Source of the DNA: Neodothiora populina
Taxonomy: Eukaryota
Assembly: GCF_041146345.1 (NCBI RefSeq)
Contig: NW_027191404.1
Coordinates: 1,984,001-2,048,000 of the forward strand
Direction of reading: 5' to 3'
Length of the DNA: 64,000 bases
Part shown: one piece after another, positions 26,701 through 38,425 of the stretch
Layout: every line of letters starts with the position of its first letter
Position numbering within the stretch: position 1 is the stretch's first letter
The notes under the pieces: model-generated
Told to the model about the DNA's origin: nothing
The model's database searches: none
The model's input: only the letters and a program-made list of their open reading frames with translations
Program-made: the position numbers and the translations under genes

Positions 26701-27815
26701 GCAAGCTCAGACCGCTATTCGCTACTTCGAAAATGCAGAATCGAAGAGATTAGCATCCCGCTGGCAGGAAACAGCAGAAAGCTGGAATCGCTACCTCTCG
26801 ATGGTGGTCTGCCGACCGAAGACGCCGATGCCATGGACATCGACGAAGAGCAAGAATCTCCTCGAGCGACCGAGGTGGCAGATTATGGAATCAAGGTCAA
26901 CTTCTCAGGTCTTGATGACGATCTCAAAGCAGACTCCGAGCAAACGGAAGCAGCGCTGCAAGAAGAGATTTCGAGTCTCCAATCCGAGCTCGAGAAGATG
27001 GCACCCAACCTCCGTGCCGTCGAGCGCGTAGACAGCGTAGAGGCACGTCTAAAGTCAACCGACGACGAATTCGAGGTCAGCCGCAAGGCCGCCAAACAAG
27101 CCAAAGACGAATTCGACGAAGTCCGAGAGAAGCGTCACGAGGTATTCACCAAAGCCTACGACCACATCGCCGGGCAAATCGACCAAGTGTACAAAGAGCT
27201 CACGCGAACGGCCAACTTGCCGTTAGGAGGACAAGCCTATCTCGACCTCGAAGACACCGACGAGCCCTACCTCAGCGGCATCAAATACCACGCCATGCCA
27301 CCGCTCAAGCGCTTCAGAGACATGGAGCACCTGTCCGGCGGCGAGAAGACCATGGCCGCCCTCGCCTTGCTTTTCGCCATTCACACATATGCGCCGTCGC
27401 CGTTTTTTGTCCTCGACGAAGTCGACGCCGCTCTGGACAATGCCAACACTACACGACTGGCCAACTATGTCAAGGAACACGCTGGTCCGGGCATGCAGTT
27501 CGTCGTCATTTCTCTAAAGGTATTTGTGTTCTCGCACTATCTGCTTCCGCGAGTGCCATCAGAGCTCTTACTAACAAAACAAACAGACCGGCCTCTTCCA
27601 GAACAGCGAGACTCTCGTCGGCGTCATGAGAGATCAAACGGTGAACAGCAGTCGAACACTGACCATGGACGTGAGTTTCTTTTTTCCGATTTTCTCTTCT
27701 CTTCTCTTCTATGCCTCCCCTGTTCCCACTCGCCCCCTATCTATCTCCACGAACCGAACCGAATACTGACGTCTGGCCCTCACGCCTATAGCTCCGCAAA
27801 TATCAGGCTGCGTAG
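23776..27815 (+). CDS. SMC1: Cohesin SMC1 subunit; exons 23776-27519, 27587-27670, 27792-27815
   Basis: Walker A GPNGSGKSN, Q-loop FLVFQGDVE, hinge VTLDG..GLMTGG, signature LSGGEKT, Walker B FFVLDEVDAALD, and SMC1-typical PPLKRFRDM and VISLK. Two canonical 3' introns give TGLFQNSETLVGV...LRKYQAA*. Confidence 0.97.
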
Positions 27816-28286
27816 GAAAGGTTTGTTTAGTTCTTACACAACATCAAACGACATATACACTTCTCAAACGCAGACCCTTATCCAGAAATGTGACCATGTG
27901 TATGATGGGACTGTTGTCATTCATGAACCAACCAGACGAAAGTGTGAAGAAGAGCTACAGTAAGAGAATGCCCGCCCACAGGTCTGTCTGTCTGTCTGTC
28001 TGTCTGTCTGGGGGGTGACCGTCCTTTTGCCAGCCAAGGAACAGGTAAGAAAAGCCAATAGATATGGAATGATGAAGAGTCATGACAAACTTTCACATAT
28101 ACAACAAACAAGCAATAAACAGGGCGAAATTGACTAGTCAAACAAAATCCACTATCGTTTTTCCGATTCAGCGTCATGTTCTCTTTTCGTCTTTCTCACT
28201 ACTACTCGCTTTTTCTACTACCTCTTATCAAGACAGTAAAACAAAAAGAGAAACCCGACAACAACGCTTCCTCGAATACTTCCAAC

Positions 28287-28287
<1 letters not shown>

Positions 28288-28317
<30 letters not shown>
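28288..28317. repeat. (CT)n microsatellite
   Basis: Seen directly. Other short SSRs: (GACA)n near 6278-6298, (CA)n near 6885-6904, (GTCT)n near 27982-28009. Confidence 0.9.
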
Positions 28318-28319
<2 letters not shown>

Positions 28320-28445
28320 GCTCTCCTCGTCTCTCCTTTTCTGGTTTTCCTCTCCCCGGGGAAAGTAAGATTCACAACTGAGAAAAAAGAAATCTCCCGA
28401 CGGGGAAGACGGCCATCATGTCATGTAACGCATAAAAGAAACGTC

Positions 28446-31400
28446 TTACTCCTTCCTCGTGCCGAAGCCGCCACGTCTGTAGGCGCCGCCGGCGGAAGAT
28501 CCACCGCGGCTGGGGCCGTCACTGCCGCCGCGAGCGACAGGAGGGCGGTAGGCGCCTTCGTTGGCGGGAGACTGGCGTCTCTCGTCGTCGCCACCGCGTG
28601 GGCGACTGGGTTGCCATCTGCCAGCCGATGAGGCAGGGGCAGCGGCGGGAGGGGCTGCCTCGCCGCTGGGGCTGCGGGGAGCGTCGCCTCCACGGAGGTG
28701 AGGAGGGACGTAGCCGGATCGCCTGGGCGCGGCGGCGGCGGTGTCGGGAGTGGACTCACGTCGCTCGGGGGCAGCGGCGGCGGGAGTGGCTGCCGCGGGG
28801 GCAGGAGGGGAAGGAGCGGCCTCTGATGCACCGTTGGCGCCTGAGGCTTGTTCGTTCTCCTTTGCAGCCATACGCTCGCGCCATGTGGGCTTGCCGCCGG
28901 CGAGTGCAAGACGCGGGGGTCCGCGAGAGGGCTCAGTGGGCTCGGCAGGTCTCTCTGAGCGGATTGGCATAGAGGCGGGACCGGCCTTGCGCTCTGCGCG
29001 ACGGCGTTCGGCTTCCTCTTCGCGCTCGCGTTGCTTTTGTGCTTGGGCGGCTGCCTCTCTGTGGCTTGTGGTTAGTCACGTCTTTTGCACAATCGGATAA
29101 CAAAACATACTCTCTTTGCTTCATCCTCTCCGCCTTCTCCTTCTCCATTCTCTCCCTCTTCTCCGACTCGACTCTCTCCTTCTCCTCTGCCTCTCTTGCC
29201 TCTCTCTCTTCTTCCTCGCGGGCTCTGCGCTCGGCCTCCTCGGCCTCCTTTCTCTCCTTGATGATTTTCTCCTTGACCTCGCGGCGGCGCTGGTCCATCT
29301 TGGCGTTGAGCTCGCGCTCGGCAGTCTTCCTGCGCTTCTCGAACTCGGCGTGACGCTGTTCGGTGACAGTGCGCTTGAACTTCTCGTACGAAGGCACGAG
29401 GCGGCTGAGACGGTGCTTGAGGGCAACGTCCTCCTTGTGCTTGGCCTCGGCCTCGGCCAAGGTGGCAGACTTGGCCTTGTCGTAGGCAGCCAAGTCACGT
29501 TCGCGCTGAGCAGCATAGTCGGCGGGCAGGTGCTTGATCTCCTCCTTTCTGTATGCACGCTCGAGGTGATCGATTCTCTTGGCGGTGATTCTGAGCTTGT
29601 CGCCAATCTCGTTCTTCTCCTTCTCAAGAGCTTGCAACTTGATCATACGAATACGGCCAGTGTCGAGCTCGTTGATGTCCAAGCTGTCGATGTCGACACC
29701 CTTGACACCCTGCTTGAGCTCCTTGAGCTGCTTCTCGATCTCCTCACGCTGCACACGCTGCTGCTCGGACTTCAGGCGGCGCTGCTCGCGATCGCGCTGC
29801 TCCTCAGCGAGACGCTGCACCTCGGCCTCCTGCAGCTTCTGTTGACGGAGACGCTTCTGAGTAGCCTCCTCCCGCTCCTTGGCAGCAATGGCGTTGGCGA
29901 CAGTCTCCTTCTTCTTCTGGATGACGTCGCGGCGGGCAATGGTGTCCAAGTGCTCCTGTTGAGCGCCGGCCTCAGCACGCTTGAGGGCGGCGAGCTTGGC
30001 CTTCTGGCGATCCTCGTTGAAGGTAGGATCAACATACTGGCAGGTGATGTACAATGCCTTGGCAAGACGGGTGAGTTGAGAGCGGACGATCTCAGCAGGA
30101 GTGCTCTGGAGGCGTTGGACGGAGCTGGCCTCGGTGCTTGCTGATGCTGCGCCAGCGCCAGGGTGAAGTGCACGAGCAGAAGAGAAGACGTCAGTATCGA
30201 AGGTCAAGACACCAGTGGCGTGGTCGATGCGGATGGAGAGGTCGCCCTTCTTGCAGCCGTTCATGATGAACTTCTCAACCATGCTGGAAGACATCTGGAA
30301 GGGGTCGGGGAACTGAGCCAATTCGAGGACGAAGCCCAGCTCGACGGTCTCGTAGACCTGGGACAGCTGCTGGAAGAGGCGGGTGAGAATGACCTGCTGG
30401 AGAGGCAGGACGTACTTCTTCATCTCCTCGTCTGCGCCGATCTTGGTGAGGATAGGGGAGATCTTCTTGCAGATGGACAAGGGGTGGAAGTCCACCTCGA
30501 GGATGTTGTAGAGCTCACGGATCTCGGGTCTGGCACGGCTCAGGAGGCCCTTGCTCAGGGCATCCTTGAAGAGGATGGCACGGGTAGGGGCGGTGGACAT
30601 GCCGAGGAGGTTGGTCAGGCGGGTGTTCTTGTTCTTGCGTGCCTCATCGACATCGACAAGAGCACCGCGGGAGCGGGAGGTGCTGATGACGGGGATGGAC
30701 AGAGCAGAGAGAAGGACGAAAGAGGCAGCCTTGGTGAGATCGGCCTCACCAATGTTGGTAGGGTTGTCCTTCTTCTGGCCCTGAGAGGAAGCCACGATGG
30801 CGGCAGACTGACGGAGGAGGTTGTAGTATCTGCTCCATGCAGCGGCGTGGAAGAGGTAGTTCTCGCTGACAAGGAAGATGCGGGCCAGCTTCTCGAAGTA
30901 GTTGGCCATCATGACGTTCTTTGCAGGACGCTTGCTGAGACTGAGGAGAGTGTGCGTGTCCTCGACACTCTTGAAGGCCTCCTGCCACAGCTCGAGCTCA
31001 ACAGCAACGTTGAGCTGCTGGAAGCGAGTGTCCAAATGTCTCTGGAGAGTGTCCGGGTCGCTCAGGTTGATGGCGTGCATCTGAGACTGGTACTTGGCGG
31101 CATTCTGGAGATGGTTGCGGAGCAGCTCGCAGAGTCTGCGGAACTCGGTCTTTCTGGCGTAGCGGAGACAGAACTGGAAGGCCTGGTGGGTGGTGGTCTG
31201 GTACATGACCTCGAGTCTCGCGTTGTTCTTGAAGATGTCGAGGACGGTACGGTACGTCTCCCAGAGGAACTTGAGCCAGGGGGTCACGATGACGCGGTCA
31301 GTGCGGTCGCGAGACTGTTCGCCGGAGACGGTGGAGAGGAGGATGGACTCCGGGGTCTCGGTGGCCTCGAGATCACCGACATTGGCGAGATCGTTGGTGG

Positions 31401-32006
31401 TCTCTGTTGCCGAGGAGAGCTCGTCAGCCTTGGCCTGGGCCTCTGCGACCTTTTGCTCGGCCAGCTCGATGAATCGTCGGAAGACAAGCTATGTTGCCAT
31501 GTCAGTTCTTGTTGCTAGTGTCGCTCGCAGCCTGTTGCAAGTCGTCCAGACGATAACTCACCTCGATCGTGGCAACGTTTGTGTTCTGCGAAGTGTTCTT
31601 GTAGTTGTAGAGACCGTCCTTGGCGGCCTTGCCCTTTCTCAAATCGACGCAGAGCTCGATGAAGAGGAGCATGACAGGCTCGAGCGAGGCGATGGTGCTG
31701 TTGCGCGTGCGCTTTGAGGTGACATGTTCGTGCAGGATGGACAGAGCAGCCTGCTGCTGTCCGACGCCGATGAGCTCTTGCGCTCTCTGTAGCAAAACGC
31801 CAAAGTCAGTCCTTGGCTCTTTGTATCCTGCATCTCCTCGTCTGATTCTCCTGTTTCAAGCATCAAGAAATGCGCCATTCGTGGTCGGAAGACGGCAGAG
31901 GTCGAGATCGAGATCGAGATCAGGCGAGGTTTCTGGGTGCGGCGGCGGTGGACAAAAAACTTGCCTTGAGCACATTCTCGGGTTTGGTGTGCGGTGGAGG
32001 CGGCAT
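28446..32006 (-). CDS. TIF32: Translation initiation factor eIF3 subunit A; exons 32006-31965, 31786-31562, 31488-29111, 29058-28446
   Basis: [21 protein letters not shown]-terminus, [21 protein letters not shown], a PCI region, a long charged helical region and an R/G-rich tail. The first intron is GC-AG. Confidence 0.96.
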
Positions 32007-34105
32007 GATGGGCCTGTTCCTCTTGAGATAGGTTGGATGATATTAAAGCGACTCCGAGGGCTTGTCGATGATGGAGCGCCTGGAGATGTAATGTCGCGTG
32101 GGAAAAGAGCAAAGAACGGGCGTCGTTCGTCCTGTGTGAAAGCCTCCTTCCAAATCCAAATCCAAATCCAAATCTGCCTCTCAATTTCGCTGGTGATGCG
32201 AGCAGGCGAAAAAGACGCCAACCCAAAGTGGGTGGTTTTCGCTTAATCTTGCTTTTCTGTACCGCTTTTTGTTACTATCCTAGGGCTTTGGTAATGGAAA
32301 GCCCGAGCTTTGGTCGACTACCAAACAGTACTGTATCCAGTAGCATCGCGCCTGAGGCATCCATACTGTACTCCAGTGCGGCACAGTAAGAGTGTAAGGT
32401 ACAGTACCTTGATTACTGCTGATCACAAAATCCTCCTGATCATTCAATATGAGTCTGACAGCATCAGACACAGTGGCATGCAGCACTGAAGTGCGGTGAA
32501 GCAACCGGGCAGCAGATACAAACTTCACATCTTCAGGCTGCCTGACACCACGACACAGCATACTGTACTATCTACAGGTATACAGAAGAGTGCTGCCCTC
32601 ACCGAGTGTATGTATGCTGCAGCCTCTGCTATACTAATGCCGTGTTCTGTGAACACAACAGCGATGATAAAAATGGACCGGCCACGGACGAGCGCCACGC
32701 GATACTTGTCCCGCGTCCACGGCCCCGTCATCGCACAGCACAACGACTAGCCGTACAAGTACTTGCAGGTCCATGTGATTCGGAAGTTCAAGAGAACCAA
32801 CAAAAAAAAACTTTTCAGTCCGGCACCCACCCTGCCTGATTGCCTTACAGGTACCTTGCTTGCATGCCCATGCATTCGTGGTGCATGCATTTTTCACTCA
32901 TCTATTATCGTGAACGTGTAATCCCCTTGGGGCGGTAGCGGATATGGAATGCGGTAAACGGACATGTGAGTGCAGCCGTGCCAACAGCACACATCACTCG
33001 ACCTGAGTGTCGAGAAAGCTCCAAGAAGGTAGTGCTACTGCGAGAGATCGTCTGTGGAATTGCATGTATACGAAACAAGGTAAGGTACTTACTGTATATA
33101 CAAGGTACTGTACTGTGTCAGGTTTCGTCAAGAGGCAATCTTAAGATATCGCAAGTGAGTTTCTGATGTGCTGATGGTCTATGCCAATTCAGGGTTCGGC
33201 GACGCTTTCATTTCGTTGGCGACATCCGTGCGCATTTAAGCACAGCGATCTTCGACGTGAGGAGAGGAGAGAGGGAGAGGAGACGAGAGAGAGAAGAGAG
33301 AGAGAGAGTAGGTAAGATAGAGGAGAGACTCTTCTTCCTCTTGTCCCAGCTGTCCCTGTCCCTGTCGCAAAGTCGCCGTCGTCTCTCTCTTGCTTCCCCC
33401 CTCCACTCCCACTTTCTCTTCCCTTACGCCCGCCGCCCCTGCTTCCTTCGACTGGCTTGATATTCTGCACATGGCCGTTGTGTAACGTCTGAGATCCCCA
33501 CTACCACATCTCCACTTGCACAACCTCTCGTCGCTCTTTTACCTCTTCCGGCTCCTGCATCAGTCTTTCCATACCATCTTCTCGTGCCCCTCGACTCCGG
33601 TGCATCTTGAACTTTTCGAAAGCACGAATTACGGCTTTGGCTTGTCTGGACACGCGTGAAGCCAATCTCCCCAACACCTGCCTCCCTTGTCAACCCCGGT
33701 CTTTTCGCCTTCTGCCTCCTGCAGCTGCTCTCTTCGCTTCTTTTAATCTTGTTCTAATTCGCCCGCTGGACCCGCGTTGCCCTGGTCGTTTACTGCGTCC
33801 TATCCACCTACCTACCGGACATTCACCAATTCGTACCCAAGGTAGCTGGCTAATCCCATCGTCTAATTCGACTGTCGTCGTCCTGTGAATCGTTGCTGAC
33901 ACTCGATGGATTCACAGCCTGCACTTGCATCGCACAACCTGCATCGCCTTCCTTGACAATCCGTCTCAACCTCCACCGCCTCGTCGTCGCATCTGACGCA
34001 TCATCGTCGTCGTCGCCGGATACATAAATTCATCCTCGTCCGCCTCTTAATTCCTGGATCCGCATCTTGTCGCATTCCTCCACCTTCTTCCCATTCTCAC
34101 ACAAC

Positions 34106-34507
34106 ATGTCGTCGGCCCCTTACGAGATTCGCACAAACGACACTGGTCGAAGCAAGAAGCAGAGCATGGCAGAGCTCAAGTTGCGCCGGTTGAATGAGCT
34201 CAACCAGAGATTGCAAGAGGACCTGAACCGCAGAAGAATACCCGTGTCCGAGGCATCCATGGAGTATGTTCTCCCTCATTGTCACACTTTGTTGTTCTCT
34301 GCGGCTAATAACCTTCTCTCTAGTCTCATCGCATTCACCGACAAGGAACCCAAAGATTTCATGGTGCCGAGTCGTTGGGGCACAGTAAGTTGGATCATAT
34401 ACCGCTTTTACGCGTCCGCCCCATACTAATTGCTACTCCTACAGGTCGACAAGCGCGATGATCCTTATGCGCCGCAACAGTCGAGTGGTTGCTGTATCAT
34501 CATGTGA
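34106..34507 (+). CDS. STE18: Heterotrimeric G-protein gamma subunit; exons 34106-34263, 34324-34384, 34445-34507
   Basis: KKQSMAELKLRRLNELNQRLQEDLNRRRIPVSEAS, DFMVPSRWG and a C-terminal CCIIM (CCaaX prenylation box) after splicing two canonical introns. Confidence 0.95.
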
Positions 34508-36925
34508 CCTCGTCTCAACTTCTCACCATTTCGCCTCACACGCATTTCACACCCTCTCACACACACTACCCATTCGAACCCTAGCAAAGGCGTTATTCGG
34601 CAGGTTTGCGACGTGTACAGTCGCCACGTTAATTTTCTCTTATGCTTCAATCCGGTGAATGATACCACGGTCGGAAGAGCCGGGCCGAGGTTTTTTCTTA
34701 CGAGGCATTCTGTACCATAATTGTGTCCCCATTCTCAGACCTTTTTTCCTTTTCATCTTATATACATTTCGTCACGTTATCGTTGTCACTTTATGCTCGT
34801 TTGCTCATTGAGCTGCAAAACGGGGGGAGGGGGGAAAGTGGGCAATGTTGCATAATGCCGACGAGATGATTGATCTATTTCTTGCCCCGTGAATGGACGC
34901 GAATATATTTGAAAAAACACAGTGATTGTTGATTGCCAGTATGGGTCTTGCACCATATGAACTAGCCACAGAGCATCAAGTGGTGTCAAGAAAAACTCTT
35001 TCCACACGAAATAGTCCATATCTACAATTATTTGGGCTTATATCTACGTTTCGTATCTACACGAGGCAACCACTGATTGTCCACCAGACCCTTTTGTAGT
35101 AGTAGAGGCCAGAATCCGCCCATGCCACACCCAAGCCAGCCAGAGCCAGCCAAAAAGAGACGGATGAAATGGGCACAAGTGCAAGAATTACAACGTTTCC
35201 AAATGTCCGTCATCTGCTGCTCGGGGTCCTCGTGCCGGCTTGTGTATCCCACCTTAGCCACAACAGCACCACGAGAAAGGAAGGCAGTATACCCCCAGGA
35301 TCCACAGGGTGAAGAATGCAAGATAGCAGACCTACTGTACTTCAATGATTGCGCAGCGCTAACCGCGCCTGTTTTTTTTCTTTTTTTTACTTCTAGCTCT
35401 ATCCATAACCTTTTCCCTCCGCACGAGCCCAGCGCTTCCGCGGTATAGTGTCTACTTCTTGAGCACAAGTCTGTGCATCTTGGTCATTTGGTCGTGGAAA
35501 GAGGATTGACTATTTGTCTGTCTGTCTACATGACTGCATAGCCGAGTGGATGCACCAGGTGCTGTATCACTGCGGGGGCATGAATTGTGCATGGGCTGTG
35601 ACTTGTAGGTCTGTATAGTATCCTTGCGGTGTGAATCGTGATAATCATACAGTAGGAAGGCAAGGTAAGATGGGGTACTACTGTGTGAGATTTGTACATC
35701 GAATGGTACAGACGGATGCTGGGGCTGGTATAGTCATGTTACCGTGTAGTGGGTGGATAGGAGATGAACAAACGGCCTCTATGTAAACAAGAGGGGAAGA
35801 CATGTATGCTTTTGGGACGAGCAAGAGTCGTTTCTACGTGTTATGGTGGGTTGATTTAGAGTGTAGTATGATTAATGCAGAGGGATATGAAGGTTGGATT
35901 CGGAGTGTGTATGAGCAGGGTCTCCCCCCCCTTTTCATCATCTTTCGCTCTACTCATTTACTCTGATGATAGTGCCTACACAAACAGAGCATTAACCATC
36001 CCCTTTATAAGTAGGACAAGAATAGAGTAGAGTGAGCAGAATAAGAGACAAATCACTCAAGATCACAAAGATGTCGGCGTTGTCATAGTATTATCGTAGT
36101 ATGAAATGGTATTGAATAGTATTGAATGTTACGGAATGGGATGTCCGTCAATTATTACGTCTACGTTTTGAGACTCTTGACGAAGAACGGCAGAACTAAT
36201 TCATAGGCATTGACTCGCCTTGTTGTCTACGTTCCTACTCACTTACAGAACCAATCCCTAGCTAGCGAGCCGCCCGTATGATCGAGAAATTGACGGATGG
36301 TTCCTCCCACTATAGCTTGCAAAAAAGACCTGTAGCGTTCCCCGGCCCTCGCACTATCTAATCTAGTCCCTATCTACTTTCCTTTCAGGGTAGCAAGTCG
36401 TCAGATCGTTCACCAGCTAGTTCGGTAGCAAGTCTTTCGAGACCGAAGAACATGTGCGTTCATCTCTCGGCGAGTAAGTAGAGAAGGTGAAGTGGTAGGA
36501 ACAGCAGCCAAGTGGAGAAGAGGAAAGAGGAAGGCGTCCATCTGCGTATGTTGAGCCGACGAATTGGAGCTAGGTGTGAGAGAGCTGCAAGAAGAAGAAA
36601 GGAGAAATTCGACTCTGAACTCTGCGGCTCATAACACGCTTTTACATTGAGATGCGTGTGAGTGAGTGGGAGAAGCATCCTATCAAGAGATGGAACAAGG
36701 AAGCGATACCCCTATACTGCGAGTTGGAAAACGCAAAGTAAGGGCACAAGATGACGACGGTATGGAAAGTAAGTCTGGGCGATTTGCTCGGATCATTCAA
36801 TAGTCTCCGTTGCTCGCGAGAACGACTTCATGGAAACAATCCGACGGAGCTTTTTTGAAAGTAGATAAACAAACGGCGATTTTGCATCAGAAAATAGAAT
36901 GGAAAAAAAAACCTGCTTTGTGCCT

Positions 36926-37759
36926 TCAAGTCGCCGTCGCGAACTTGGCTTTGCGTGCTTCCGCCCTCGCACTGTCAGCTTCGCTCATCCACGAGCCAGC
37001 GCCTCCTGCAGGTTTTGCGCCTGCAGGCTTACCGCCCTCCTTCCTGCCATCGCCTTTACGTGGGCCCGGGCCCGGACGAGTTCTCTTTCTTGCGCCCGCA
37101 GCAGCAGAAGTAGTGTCCTCGGGAGCCTCGCGCCCTCTCTTCTTCTCACGTCGCTCGGGTAATGCTTCGTTCAGGCGACCGGGCAAGTCACCACCGCCGA
37201 AACGTTTCGCCCTCTCAAGGTTCTTCAGAGTCTCATCAGTCGACTCGTCCAGACCGAACTTCTTGGCGCGCGCCTTGCGCTTCTCAATCTCCTGCTCCAG
37301 AGTCGTTTTGGCGATTCCAGCACTGAAGTCGACCTGAGGCTTCTCCTCCACAGGTGCGCTTTCGGCGGCGGGTTGCGCATCGGTTGCAGACGAGGCTTCC
37401 GGCGCCGGCTCGACCACAGTCAGATCGTTGGTCTTGGAAGGATCGATGGCGGCTTCTTGGTTCGGGACAGCCTGCGGGTTTGGTACTTGACCCACGCCGC
37501 CAGCAGCAACAGCCGCTGTTGACGCGTCAGTGGTTGGCTTTGAGTTCTCGGTCACAGCAGGTTCGTCGTCCCAGTCGATCTCGTCCTCATTTTTCGCGGT
37601 TGCCGTGGATGCAGCCGGCGCCGCAGTTGTATTCGTCTTCTGCTCATCATCTTCTTGCAGTCTCTTGACCAGTTCCGCCTTCTTTCCCGAGTGAGCCAAA
37701 CCGCGCTCCTTCAATAGATTCTCGAGCTCGGCGTTCTTCAGTTTCGTGTAGTCGGTCAT
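36926..37759 (-). CDS. THO1: SAP-domain ribonucleoprotein (Tho1/MOS11/SARNP-like mRNA export factor)
   Basis: N-terminal SAP domain (YTKLKNAELENLLKERGLAHSGKKAELVKRL) and repeated C-terminal motifs RAKKFG, RAKRFG and RKAKFA. Confidence 0.85.
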   Translation of the reverse strand: MTDYTKLKNAELENLLKERGLAHSGKKAELVKRLQEDDEQKTNTTAAPAASTATAKNEDEIDWDDEPAVTENSKPTTDASTAAVAAGGVGQVPNPQAVPNQEAAIDPSKTNDLTVVEPAPEASSATDAQPAAESAPVEEKPQVDFSAGIAKTTLEQEIEKRKARAKKFGLDESTDETLKNLERAKRFGGGDLPGRLNEALPERREKKRGREAPEDTTSAAAGARKRTRPGPGPRKGDGRKEGGKPAGAKPAGGAGSWMSEADSARAEARKAKFATAT

Positions 37760-38240
37760 GGTGAAGGTAGGAATGGGGGTGGTGGCAGAGTGAGACGTGT
37801 GAGGTCTGATCTGGCGCCGAGCTGTTTGTTAATGCGAAAGCCTGTGTGACTGGAGGTAATTCGGTGTATTGGGAGAAATGTGCAGCAGATCGAGATGCTG
37901 AGATGGTCGACTTGATAAATCAATGGAATAGTAATGACAAGGTTAATCAGAAGGGTGTGAAGGAGAGAAGAGAAGACGCAGTCCAAGGCAGCGCAATACG
38001 TCAGGCATGCGGTGCTTCACAGCTTCACAGGGAAGGAGAGACACGCGCTGTGGAATGTGCCCGTGCACGCGTCAGCTCCCTGTGCCATCATCGTCAGTCT
38101 TGGCATATATCTTCCATACCTTATCCAATTGTATAGCTACTCATGTCTCTCTACATCATACACTGTGGAACGCGCAAGTCACGGCAGAGCAATGCATATG
38201 CAATATGTGAGAGACCCGAAGCCTTGTACTCAAACGTCAT

Positions 38241-38296
38241 CGAGATATCATTCCTACCCTCGAGATATCATTCCTACCCTCGAGATATCATTTCTA
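38241..38296. repeat. 20-bp minisatellite CGAGATATCATTCCTACCCT, about 2.8 copies
   Basis: Two perfect copies plus a partial third, downstream of the acyl-CoA synthetase. Confidence 0.92.
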
Positions 38297-38425
38297 GTGG
38301 TCTACAAGACTGAGGTTGTCTCTAAATGCTGCCAAAAGATGTCTGCCCCCCCATATGCTGTCCCCCATATGCCGTATCGTCACTATACAAGAACTCCAAG
38401 CATATACCTCTAATCCTGTCCCAGT

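Noticed and set aside
27520..27963. Extended SMC1 C-terminus in the 1411-aa ORF
   Set aside because: This is read-through of two canonical introns; splicing restores the normal SMC1 end at 27815.
29116..31518. Long plus-strand ORFs (342 and 451 aa) antisense to eIF3a; similar shadows at 2290-3081 and 11316-12215
   Set aside because: They lie exactly opposite strongly codon-biased genes, which depletes antisense stops, and they show no independent motifs.
38241..38296. 20-bp repeats as a CRISPR-like array
   Set aside because: The copies are head-to-tail with no spacers, in eukaryotic DNA with no cas genes.
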